A DNA stretch of 63,414 nt, the filler included, from Stramenopiles sp. TOSAG23-3 (Eukaryota): assembly GCA_900128585.1 (NCBI GenBank). It is 11 parts of 11 records of this genome, joined end to end, with 100 filler letters (N's around TTAATTAATTAA, not from the genome) between each part and the next. Parts side by side here need not be neighbours in the genome. Positions count along the whole stretch, not along the records: positions 28,953 to 34,624 come from LT643458.1; positions 34,725 to 40,394 come from LT643459.1; positions 40,495 to 46,159 come from LT643460.1; 8 more parts are not named here. One strand, 5' to 3'. How positions within the stretch are numbered: the first letter of the stretch is position 1; each line of letters begins with the position of its first letter. Made by a program: the position numbers and the translations under genes. Positions 31,371 to 40,777 of the stretch are shown here, piece by piece. The notes below the pieces were generated by a model. The model was given only the letters and a program-made list of their open reading frames with translations, had not been told where the DNA came from and made no database searches.

Positions 31371-32930
31371 ATGGCAAGCGAGATCCTTGCCAAAAAGCAC
31401 TTTGCTTCTCGCCGGACACCGCCAAAGCCAGTAGTGTTGGATTTGGGGAGTGGGAAAATAAAATCCGGCTACGCTTCGTACGAAGCATTTGCGCCACTCA
31501 GAACGTTTGTTAGTTGTATAGCAAAAGAGGGAAGTCGAAAGGCGGGCAGAGACTGCCCGTGTTGCGCCCTCCCGTTGACCCATGGCCACGCAGTGAACGA
31601 TTGGCCGTTTTGCCGGGTGCCTCCACGGTCACAGTGCCCGTTGGATCGAGGGAGAGTCCGTGATTTTGGGGTGCTGGAAGGGGTCATTGGCCACGCGCTC
31701 AACTGCGAGCTGCAAACGTACGCAAAGGAATCGAAATTAATACTGACGGGGTACGCCGTTGAAGGGTGCCCAGAGGAACTGATACAGATATGCTTTGAAA
31801 AGTTCCAGGTTCCGCGGCTTGGGCTCGTACCGTCTCCGATTTTAGTCATGTACGGGACGGGAAGGGTCGAAGGGGTGGTGGTGGACGTTGGACATGGGCA
31901 GAGCAACGTTAGCGTCTGCTTGGGGGGGCAGGTGGACACAAAGTGTACGCAGTCCGTTCCGGTTGGCGGGTTGCATTTGACTGAGCAGCTTAAGAGTCTG
32001 GTCATGGAGTCTAACCGCGCCTCTGGTCTCGGTGGAAAGATAATGAACGAGTTTGGCGATTTGTACATATGGAATAGCATGAAAGAAAAATTCGGGCGGC
32101 TTGCCACGCACGGCGTCTCCGCGAATGCGGTGTGGGATGCAAAAACCTCGCTGATCGACCGTAGAATGGCCCTTTTGCAGTCGGCAAAGAAGCAGTTTCT
32201 GCCCGTCCGCCTTATGCCAGACATGGACAGAAGGGGTCTGTTCTGCCACCTTTTTGAATTCGACGGCCAGATCCCGAGCGGGGCGGAGGAGTACCCGATG
32301 CTCCTTCCAGATGGCATGGAGTTGGTGTTGCGCAACGAGCTTACAAACTTTGGGGAACTTTTGTTTCAGCGTTCAGACAACGTTATCTATGCTCCTGGGT
32401 CGGACCGAATGCACCTGTCCCCTGGGCGACGGTACACAGGAAAGCTCATTGGCGACTTTCCGAACCGGAACGAGCGCCAAAAGATGCCATCGCCCAGGTT
32501 CGAAGGCATCGGCGGGCCACGCATAGGGCACCGCAGCACGGACATGTTCTCCGCCTCAAATTTTCGAGAGCAGTCCGAAGAGCCTACGGTCCCCTCGCTG
32601 CAGGACGCGTTTTGGAATGCCATAGAAACCCCTGGGCTATCGAATTCCCATCGCAAAGTGTTGCAGGACAACGTTATCCTTTGCGGGGGCACGACGCTCT
32701 TGGAGGGGTTTGAGGAGCGCTTTCGCCACGAGGTAACCGCGAGGGGGGGCTGGGGCAGCACCGGCATCAAATTGTACGCGCCGGAAGGACGGGAGCATTT
32801 GGCGTGGACAGGTGGGAGCGTGCTTGGAATGAGCTCGTTCGCGGAAGGCTCGCTGATGTCCACGAGAGAAGAGTATATGGAGAGCGGCCCAGCGATAATG
32901 CAAGATCGCATGCAAACGTTTTATTCTTAG
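31371..32930 (+). CDS. Divergent actin-related protein with insertions
   Basis: VVLDLGSGKIKSGYA, FEKFQVP, GVVVDVGHG, LPDG, NVILCGGTTLLEGFEERF, AWTGGSVL, EEYMESGP. Confidence 0.9.
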   Translation: MASEILAKKHFASRRTPPKPVVLDLGSGKIKSGYASYEAFAPLRTFVSCIAKEGSRKAGRDCPCCALPLTHGHAVNDWPFCRVPPRSQCPLDRGRVRDFGVLEGVIGHALNCELQTYAKESKLILTGYAVEGCPEELIQICFEKFQVPRLGLVPSPILVMYGTGRVEGVVVDVGHGQSNVSVCLGGQVDTKCTQSVPVGGLHLTEQLKSLVMESNRASGLGGKIMNEFGDLYIWNSMKEKFGRLATHGVSANAVWDAKTSLIDRRMALLQSAKKQFLPVRLMPDMDRRGLFCHLFEFDGQIPSGAEEYPMLLPDGMELVLRNELTNFGELLFQRSDNVIYAPGSDRMHLSPGRRYTGKLIGDFPNRNERQKMPSPRFEGIGGPRIGHRSTDMFSASNFREQSEEPTVPSLQDAFWNAIETPGLSNSHRKVLQDNVILCGGTTLLEGFEERFRHEVTARGGWGSTGIKLYAPEGREHLAWTGGSVLGMSSFAEGSLMSTREEYMESGPAIMQDRMQTFYS

Positions 32931-33012
32931 AAAAAATAAATTAAATATAAAAGGTGCCAGCGCCGCCCTTGCAAATCAAAACATTCAAATCGTTTTCTTG
33001 CATCGTACGATG

Positions 33013-34359
33013 CTACGCTTGAGTTGCCTTTTTGCAGACCGTCTCTATTCTTTCCAAGCATTCGGTGACCTCATCGTCGCTTATGTTGTATGGTGGCAAC
33101 AGGCGAACAATGTTTGGCCCTGCCGGGACCGTTAAGACCCCTTCGTGATGGAGCATGTCCACGAACCAGGTCGAGGTCGTTGCGGGGCGATTCACGGGCA
33201 AGACGGGAACGTCGTCCAGTTCCCCAACCCGGATCCCCAGCATGCACCCGAGGCCACCAATCCCCTTCACAATGGCCGGGTATCGATCACTAATGTTGTT
33301 TCCTATTTCTGAAATCAAGCGGTCTCCTACCCGCCTCGCATTGTCCGCGAGCCCGTCTCTTTCTATAATGTCCAGGACTTTGTTCCCTACTGCACAGGCC
33401 AAGGGGTTGCCCCCATACGTGGTTCCGTGCATGCCTGCTTGCAGGAGAGTGCTGTGCTTTTCGGACACCCAAAACGCCCCGATGGGCATTCCGCTCCCGA
33501 GGGACTTGGCCATCGACACCGCGTCCGGAGAAAATGATGTCTCTTCGGGGGTGCCTTCCAGGATGCGGTCATACGACTGGAAGCGGCCCGTTCGAAAATG
33601 ACCGCACTGGACCCCGTCCATCATCAAAAGAATACCGTGGCGGTCGCACAGTTCCCGCAGTCCCGTCAGGTACTCGACGGTGGCTGCGGTGACCCCGCCC
33701 TCCCCTTGAATCCCTTCAATGAGCACGGCCGCCGTCTCCGGGCATATGGCACTCTCCATGGCGCCTAGGTCGTTGAAGGGAACGTGAGAAAACCCGTCAA
33801 TTATGGGGTGGAACCCTTGTTTTATCTTATCCTGCCCCGTCGCCGCGATACCTCCCAGCGTGCGCCCGTGGAACGAGTTGGTGGCAGTGACGATTTTGTA
33901 CCTCCCAGTGGCCTGCCCACTGGCCCGCGCCAGCTTGTACAGGCCCTCGTTCGCCTCGGCCCCGCTATTGCTAAAAAACACTTTCCCGGTCCCCTCGTCG
34001 CCCGTGGCGTTCGAAAAAAGCCTGGACAACCTCTCCGCCAGCCGGCCCTGGGTCTCGGTATAGTACAAGTTCGACACGTGCACAAGCTTGGACGCCTGCT
34101 CGTGAATAGTTTCTACTATTTCTGGGTGTGCGTGCCCGAGCGCGTTCACCGCAATGCCACCGCCGACGTCCAGGAACGTTTTGTTGTCGACAGTCGTGAC
34201 GTAGCTCCCACTCCCACGGTCCAGCACAATATCGTACCGACCGTACGTTTCCATAACGTGTTTCTGAAAGGAGGCTTTGATGCTCGCAGAGGTCGAAAGC
34301 CCCCGTCGCTGCAGCGTGCGCCCCGCCGCACCAACGCTACTACCGAACCGACGAAACAT
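33013..34359 (-). CDS. argD: Acetylornithine aminotransferase (class III PLP) with probable mitochondrial presequence
   Basis: GGIAVNALGHAHP, FFSNSGAEANE, NSFHGRT, IQGEGGV, MAKSLGSGMPIGA, HGTTYGGNPLAC; Arg/Ser-rich N-terminus. Confidence 0.93.
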   Translation of the reverse strand: MFRRFGSSVGAAGRTLQRRGLSTSASIKASFQKHVMETYGRYDIVLDRGSGSYVTTVDNKTFLDVGGGIAVNALGHAHPEIVETIHEQASKLVHVSNLYYTETQGRLAERLSRLFSNATGDEGTGKVFFSNSGAEANEGLYKLARASGQATGRYKIVTATNSFHGRTLGGIAATGQDKIKQGFHPIIDGFSHVPFNDLGAMESAICPETAAVLIEGIQGEGGVTAATVEYLTGLRELCDRHGILLMMDGVQCGHFRTGRFQSYDRILEGTPEETSFSPDAVSMAKSLGSGMPIGAFWVSEKHSTLLQAGMHGTTYGGNPLACAVGNKVLDIIERDGLADNARRVGDRLISEIGNNISDRYPAIVKGIGGLGCMLGIRVGELDDVPVLPVNRPATTSTWFVDMLHHEGVLTVPAGPNIVRLLPPYNISDDEVTECLERIETVCKKATQA

Positions 34360-34624
34360 TCCGCACAGAGAAAAAAGTTGGACCAACAGGGAGAGGTGTA
34401 TGCGTGTGTGTGTTTGGTTGACAGTTAATTACGTCTTTATTAGTCCGGTTAAGTCTGTTTCTTTTCATTTTTCTTTGTCATATGTATGACTATATTATTT
34501 TCGATCGTCGATGTAATTGTTTTTTATTTTATTATTATTATTATTTTAAAGAAGAAGAAGAAGAAGAAGAAGAAGAAGAAGAAGAAGAAAGAAGACGAAG
34601 AAGAGAAAAGAAGAAGAAAAAGAA

Positions 34625-34724
34625 NNNNNNNNNNNNNNNNNNNNNNNNNNNNNNNNNNNNNNNNNNNNTTAATTAATTAANNNNNNNNNNNNNNNNNNNN
34701 NNNNNNNNNNNNNNNNNNNNNNNN
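34625..34724. other. Artificial contig linker
   Basis: N44-TTAATTAATTAA-N44. Confidence 0.98.
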
Positions 34725-34923
34725 ATAAAAATTAAAAAAACACAAAAAAATTGAATGAAGAACTAAAAATATTCTTCCCTATATTATATATCGACACTGA
34801 ATTATTAATTTGGCATTACATACGTTTCGAAATAAATCAATTCGTGGGTAGAATGCTTTGAGATTGATAAGAGGGAAAATATTAGATCGGGATTATTATC
34901 TGTACTAACTGAACGTTTTTAAT

Positions 34924-35232
34924 ATGTCGTGTATTGCACGGGTCTTTTCCCTACTTTTTGCATGCACGTTTTTTCTCGAAAGTGCTGCCAAAGAGGTATT
35001 CGAGCGTTCTGGTTCCGGGCATGTGCGTGGGGTAAACAATAGAGGACGGAGTTTGCTGGGGGACAGTGGTTTTGGAGAAGAGAGTGTTGAAGAGTTTGAA
35101 ACGTTGTCCATTGTTCTTGGGATTTTGAGTTTGGTGTGCTGTGTGGGTTGTTTTGGTTACTATTGGTACAATAAGAAGGAGCAGTACAACTCTTGGATAA
35201 ATGAAGACGTCCCTCGGTACATCGTTTTGTGA
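34924..35232 (+). CDS. Small type-I membrane protein (102 aa)
   Basis: Signal peptide, short ectodomain with RSLL motif, TM ending in CCVGC, short cytosolic tail with YIVL. Confidence 0.7.
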   Translation: MSCIARVFSLLFACTFFLESAAKEVFERSGSGHVRGVNNRGRSLLGDSGFGEESVEEFETLSIVLGILSLVCCVGCFGYYWYNKKEQYNSWINEDVPRYIVL

Positions 35233-35417
35233 GTAAAAAGTCAACTAACCTCTTTAAGAATATTGAAAGTCTTATAATTCGCCACAGTCGTAAGTCTTAA
35301 GAAGTAGAAATATTTTAAATACCAAACCGTCAAATTAAGATTGATTCGTATTTTACCAGAGTGCCTTTAATAAGAAAGCATGTATTGTGTGCGCACGTGT
35401 GTGTAAATGTTCTCTGC

Positions 35418-37277
35418 TCAAATGTCGGTCGATATTCTGCCTTCCTCGTCGACTTCTTCGAGTTCAGACAACGTACCCAACTCTACGGTAAAGTTTTTCG
35501 CGCTGTTCCTCTCCTCATGCTCGTGTAGATTGTCCAACAGGCCAAAAAAGTTAGGGCTGACGCTGCCCCTGGAATTCACGCCACGAGCGATGATGCTCAT
35601 GTTTTCGACAGCGTTGTGCTGTCCGCTTACGCCGTGACTCTTCGTTCTCCGCCTGCGGTCGGTAGAAGTAGTCCTCACGCTTGAGCGCATGCATGAATTA
35701 CGGCGAATGTTCCGTGTCTTGCTCTCCATCTCATGGTTTTTCACTTTCTGCACCATAGCAAAGTACGCCCCGACGCAACAACATATTGATGCACATGCCA
35801 TGTACATTATGGAACGAAATCCCCACACCATACTTCCAGTGGCGTCACCGATAGCACCGGAAAGTACAGGAGCCATGCCATACCCAAAAATATTGAACAT
35901 GAACATTGAAAAAGACGACGCCATGTTACGGCACTCCTCTCCCACTGCGTTGATAATTAGCCCCGTGAGGGCCGGTAGGATTGCGCCGCCAAAAAAAAGA
36001 ACAAGCCAAATGCTGATAAGGGTTGGCCAAAATTCTGTCCATGCTGCTGCAACTAATGAGCAGATTACCGCGCCTAATCCGAGGAACAGACATGCGCGCA
36101 GTGCAACGACCCCAGATGCGCCACTGTCGTCTTTGTATCCACCTAGCTTGTCGATCAACCAGCCACCGAAAATAACGCCAATCAACGGCCCTGTAATGGA
36201 CGTAACTGCGAACCCTGTCTGAACCTGGACTAAAGGTGTTTTGATCACTTCGACCATGTAGTCTGTGACCCAAAATTGGATCCCAGTTACGACAAAGTAA
36301 AGTCCCGACAAAGCAAACACCAGCCACATGTATAAGGCGGACCCCAACAGCATCCTCAGTTGCTGCCACATAGTCAAACTATTGTCATACTTTGAATTCG
36401 AAAGTGCAGCACTGTTGGCTTCTTCCTTGTCTGGTGCAATCTCATCGTCGCTTCTCGGGGCGTCTCCGATAAGCTCTTCGCTGCTCTTTCTTTGTTCCTT
36501 CTTTTGCATTTTGTTGTGTTGGTCGACAAGCCTCGCCAATTCACCTCCCACCGCATTAAAGTACCGACCAGGTATCGTAAGATACATGACGAAGTACGGT
36601 ACCATGAGAATGCACTGCAAAATGACAGTTGCTCGCCATCCCCACTTTGCGCCGAAGGACGGCGAAAGAGAGAATGAGATTACATAACCAAGCATGACCC
36701 CGAGCGGTGCCATACCTTGTAAACTCGATACCCAAGTAGTCAAGCTATCCTCGGGCGCGAACTCGTCGACCCAAACGGGAGGGTAAACAAACAGCGGTGC
36801 TTGCGACAGGCCCGTTAGAAAGCGGGCGACAAAGAGCAAAGGTTTCGAGGGTGCAACCACAAAACAAATAAGCGCGCCCATGTTCAGTCCCAGCGACAGC
36901 AATAGAACCTTTCGTTGGCTTTTCCACGTTGAAAGTAGGTATCCAGTTATTGGGCACGAGAACACCAAGCCGATGTAAACTAAACTTCCCAAAGCACCAG
37001 CCTCTGTGTTTGTCAGGTCGTACTCTTCCTTTATGGCAGTCAGGGAAGACGGGACTATACCAGAGTCAAAGTTTAACACCAACTGCAGTATGCATAGAAA
37101 AACGAAAAGCCTCTTCCTCCTGTCTAAATCACCAATCTCTTGATTAATTGCACGAACGGAGACCCCCTTTCGGGCAAGCTCATCCTTTGATGTCTTCAGA
37201 CGTGCCAAGTCTGTTGAGCGGACCTTGTCCAGATCAACTGGTTTTACTTCAACGCCGACTTCCGAAGCGGAAGACAT
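35418..37277 (-). CDS. MFS transporter, Spinster-like
   Basis: NFDSGIVP, ARFLTGLSQA..YPPVWVDEFAP, LYFVVTGIQFW, GVIFGGWLIDKLGGYK; about 12 TM. Confidence 0.92.
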   Translation of the reverse strand: MSSASEVGVEVKPVDLDKVRSTDLARLKTSKDELARKGVSVRAINQEIGDLDRRKRLFVFLCILQLVLNFDSGIVPSSLTAIKEEYDLTNTEAGALGSLVYIGLVFSCPITGYLLSTWKSQRKVLLLSLGLNMGALICFVVAPSKPLLFVARFLTGLSQAPLFVYPPVWVDEFAPEDSLTTWVSSLQGMAPLGVMLGYVISFSLSPSFGAKWGWRATVILQCILMVPYFVMYLTIPGRYFNAVGGELARLVDQHNKMQKKEQRKSSEELIGDAPRSDDEIAPDKEEANSAALSNSKYDNSLTMWQQLRMLLGSALYMWLVFALSGLYFVVTGIQFWVTDYMVEVIKTPLVQVQTGFAVTSITGPLIGVIFGGWLIDKLGGYKDDSGASGVVALRACLFLGLGAVICSLVAAAWTEFWPTLISIWLVLFFGGAILPALTGLIINAVGEECRNMASSFSMFMFNIFGYGMAPVLSGAIGDATGSMVWGFRSIMYMACASICCCVGAYFAMVQKVKNHEMESKTRNIRRNSCMRSSVRTTSTDRRRRTKSHGVSGQHNAVENMSIIARGVNSRGSVSPNFFGLLDNLHEHEERNSAKNFTVELGTLSELEEVDEEGRISTDI

Positions 37278-38340
37278 TCTTAGTGTATACGTGCGTAGGT
37301 TCTGGTTTTAAATTAAAATTCTAATTACAAAATCGGGCGCTACGTTATCAAGCAATATCTGTAATTGGTTTCAGTTTTAAACAATAGAGAGCTCCTTCTT
37401 TCTGTTCGTACGCATTTTGTGTATCTACAAGAAGTTATCTCCCTCTCTTTCTTTGAAGCGCTGTGCTTGGAGCTTTATAAAAGCTCGCNNNNNNNNNNNN
37501 NNNNNNNNNNNNNNNNNNNNNNNNAATAATACGATGATGATGAAGATGATGCCTTCATTTTTTTATATTTCTTGATGGTATTGCCTGTTCTGATAGATTC
37601 GTTTTTATTAAATTAATTATTAAAAAAAAACATAATATTTTTTTTCGATATATTTTTAATTATTCCTATTAGTACCTAAATCGTATTATAAAACAAAAGA
37701 AGAAGGAAGCGTTTTAGAGGCAAAAAATAATAGAAAGAAATGAATTAACAATGCTTGCTATTGTTATGTACCTTGGTAAAATACATTCCAATTGAAGATA
37801 AAATTATAAAGACGATGAGGACTCTAACTAATAAAATCATTTTTAATCATCCATCGCTATTTCCATGTTATAAAATATACTCTCCAACTTATTTATATTT
37901 TTATCCTCCTTTTTCCATCTATAGTATTCCAAGTGGAATACATACACAGAATACAGCATAGAAGAAAAAGGAACGACGTCTTCGATTTGCGAAAGACGTC
38001 TGCTGAAGGATAATAATAAATATATTCATCATATATAGAATAGCATATATAAAATAGCATATAGAATAGCATAGACTTGGAAATAAATCCGTTCCTTCTT
38101 CCTACTANNNNNNNNNNNNNNNNNCACCACACGCACTTTCTTACTTTCTTTCATAGAAATAAATATTATACTTAAATAAAACATATACTATAATAACTAT
38201 ACAGAAATAGGAATATATAACAGCAGAATGAACAAAATAAAAAAGAAGTTTTGCAATAAAATAATAATAAATAATATTGAATACAATCCTTAATAGAGAC
38301 CCTCCTTATTTCCCTACTTCAACTCTGTACTCTTTGTACA

Positions 38341-40233
38341 TCACATAAATTCGTCTTCGATCGCGTACATTCCAGCGTCGTCCCGACCGCCTCCTAAGAA
38401 AGCGACTGCTTCTTCCTCCTCGTCGCTTTCCTCTTCGTCGTCACTATCAGGGATCCACTTTTTTCCTGGATTGCGTGCTATGCTGACTAGAGAAAACAGG
38501 AAAAATGTGAATACAAAGCCCACCGAAGTGTGCTGAAACATTGTACCAAAAAATGGATACCTGGCCATGATACCATTGATGATCATGGAAACTTGAGTCG
38601 GGCGGCAACTATTTTTTTCGCTTTTGGCCGGTTTGCCTTTCGTCTCCTGCGACGGGATCTTTTTCTGCGAGTGAAAGTTGGGCTCAGGCTTTGCGAACAT
38701 AATCTCTCGCGAAAGGTCTAGCATGACCAAACGTTCAAACTCACCTTTTGCACTGCTCGCCTCGCCCCACCCCGCCTTTCCTGCGTGCAACGGAGTCTTG
38801 ACCGACGTGCCCGCGCTAGGAGGAGAATGCGCTTCTTTCATCACATCAGACGCTTTCTTTTGGGGCCGTTCGGTAGTTGTTGCAGGTTCCTCCCGGGTTG
38901 TGGACATCAACAGCGTGCAGGGCAGCACAGTCCCAGCCGCAGTTTTGTAAGTTTGCAACCCAAAGCTTGTGTACTGCGGGGCTACCCACGCTAATTGGCA
39001 GCTAATTGCAAACGAAACAAAAATTACGTTCGCTGTGGCCAGCAGCAACGCCTGGGGGTAGCTCTTTTTCGCCCGCAACGGGTACATCACTACTACGAGA
39101 AAACGGACGCCAACGCTTGTCATTGCATACACGGCAGAGACGACAAAGTAAAAGACCACCGTTGCCAACGCAATGTAATCAAACGGAAAGACCCTGGAGA
39201 GCTGCAGCAAGACCCAATCCATGGGATTCCCCATGCTATTCTCCTTCATCAAATAACCTGTGGTGCAAGTCATGTACGATTCGCATTGCCCGTACCGATC
39301 GATGGCTGTCAACCCTACGGACATTACGATCAGCCACGATATGGACATTAGGGTCGCCCCTATGGAAAGTTTCACACACCCGTACTTTGTCAGCAACTTG
39401 TCGAACGCGCTAATTTTGTGCGACGGTGCCAGCTTCAACGCGCGAGCGTGAAGCAATCGGTCGCGATCTGCCATTTCCTGGTAGCTCTCCCGTTGCGCCC
39501 TGTTCATTCGCTTCCCCGTCAGTCTGTATTTTCTCCACAGGGCCTGCTTGTTCGCATTGTTCAACGATCTCTCCTCGTAAATTTCCTGCCGGCCCATGAA
39601 ATGAGGGTCGTCCGGCGGCAAATTGTTGTCCATCCTCTTTATAAAACTTACGATGGGCATTGCGGCCAGACCGAAGCCACAGTAAAACATAATCCCGAGC
39701 ATCCCAGACAAGTAAACCATTCCAATGCACACTTCTAAAGAGCTTCCGAGAAACTGCCTGCTTTCAAACATAAGCAATATCCCGTGCGGGTCTGTGACGC
39801 CCTGGAAACGCACTATTTCTATTAACATACCGACCACAATCAACAGCCCCAACAAAAACGAACTTGCGGCGCTTTGCCTCAATGCGTACTTGAATTTGAG
39901 GTTGTCCGGCATGCGCTCCGGTGCGCCGTAATAAAAATACGCTAGCGGGATCACGACGAAGAGAGACAGCAACAACAACGCAAAAATAAAGTAGTACATA
40001 CCCAACACCGATTCGGACAAACTTTTGCTCCTCAGTGGACTTTGCGACACGTAGACATCTATCGGGATCAAACAGATAGAAGTCAACACTAACGTGAGGG
40101 TGATGGAACATATTATTACTGGAGTGATCGCCGTAAACCGAGGATCTAAGAAATGCCGAGCTGCGCGGAAAGAAGCATACAGTAAGAAAAGCACCACAAA
40201 CGTGAACAGCACAAGGACAACGGGCTCCCCCAT
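38341..40233 (-). CDS. LMBR1-family membrane protein (LMBD1 lysosomal cobalamin-export escort-like)
   Basis: LIPIDVY, FVVIPLAYFYY, GFGLAAMPI, NPMDWVLLQLSRVFPFDY, APQYTSFGLQTY, CRPTQVS. Confidence 0.88.
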   Translation of the reverse strand: MGEPVVLVLFTFVVLFLLYASFRAARHFLDPRFTAITPVIICSITLTLVLTSICLIPIDVYVSQSPLRSKSLSESVLGMYYFIFALLLLSLFVVIPLAYFYYGAPERMPDNLKFKYALRQSAASSFLLGLLIVVGMLIEIVRFQGVTDPHGILLMFESRQFLGSSLEVCIGMVYLSGMLGIMFYCGFGLAAMPIVSFIKRMDNNLPPDDPHFMGRQEIYEERSLNNANKQALWRKYRLTGKRMNRAQRESYQEMADRDRLLHARALKLAPSHKISAFDKLLTKYGCVKLSIGATLMSISWLIVMSVGLTAIDRYGQCESYMTCTTGYLMKENSMGNPMDWVLLQLSRVFPFDYIALATVVFYFVVSAVYAMTSVGVRFLVVVMYPLRAKKSYPQALLLATANVIFVSFAISCQLAWVAPQYTSFGLQTYKTAAGTVLPCTLLMSTTREEPATTTERPQKKASDVMKEAHSPPSAGTSVKTPLHAGKAGWGEASSAKGEFERLVMLDLSREIMFAKPEPNFHSQKKIPSQETKGKPAKSEKNSCRPTQVSMIINGIMARYPFFGTMFQHTSVGFVFTFFLFSLVSIARNPGKKWIPDSDDEEESDEEEEAVAFLGGGRDDAGMYAIEDEFM

Positions 40234-40394
40234 CGTTACGACGCTATTATCGTTCTTCTACCCCCTCCGTCGCTTCAACTGCTCTCACACTTTGCAAAAC
40301 GACACACGTACAACTGTTTCTAAAAATTCTAAAACCCCAAGTTTTGTTCCCCTTGGATAATCCAATGAACCCTATTTAATACTTGAAAATCATA

Positions 40395-40494
40395 NNNNNN
40401 NNNNNNNNNNNNNNNNNNNNNNNNNNNNNNNNNNNNNNTTAATTAATTAANNNNNNNNNNNNNNNNNNNNNNNNNNNNNNNNNNNNNNNNNNNN
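40395..40494. other. Artificial contig linker
   Basis: N44-TTAATTAATTAA-N44. Confidence 0.98.
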
Positions 40495-40777
40495 AAGAAA
40501 GAAAGAAAGAAAGAAAGAAAGAAAAAGTGAAAAAGGCAACACAGAGCAAAGTAAAGTTGAGGAAACGGTGGGTCTAACTTTTTAGAAAGCAATTACGACA
40601 CGAGCGAATGAACACTTTCTAGTAAATACTTAAATTGACTTCTCAGTTCCATTCTTTTTAATCACATCATAACGTCCTATCTACGCACATACTATCATTT
40701 TAAATTGTATAGAAACGGATTCGAGGTTCAATATTGTCTTATAGTTTACTCTCTATCCTTCACGCTTACAACGAGAA

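Noticed and set aside
37489-38124. Short N runs at 37489-37524 and 38108-38124
   Set aside because: Ordinary intra-scaffold gaps without the linker motif
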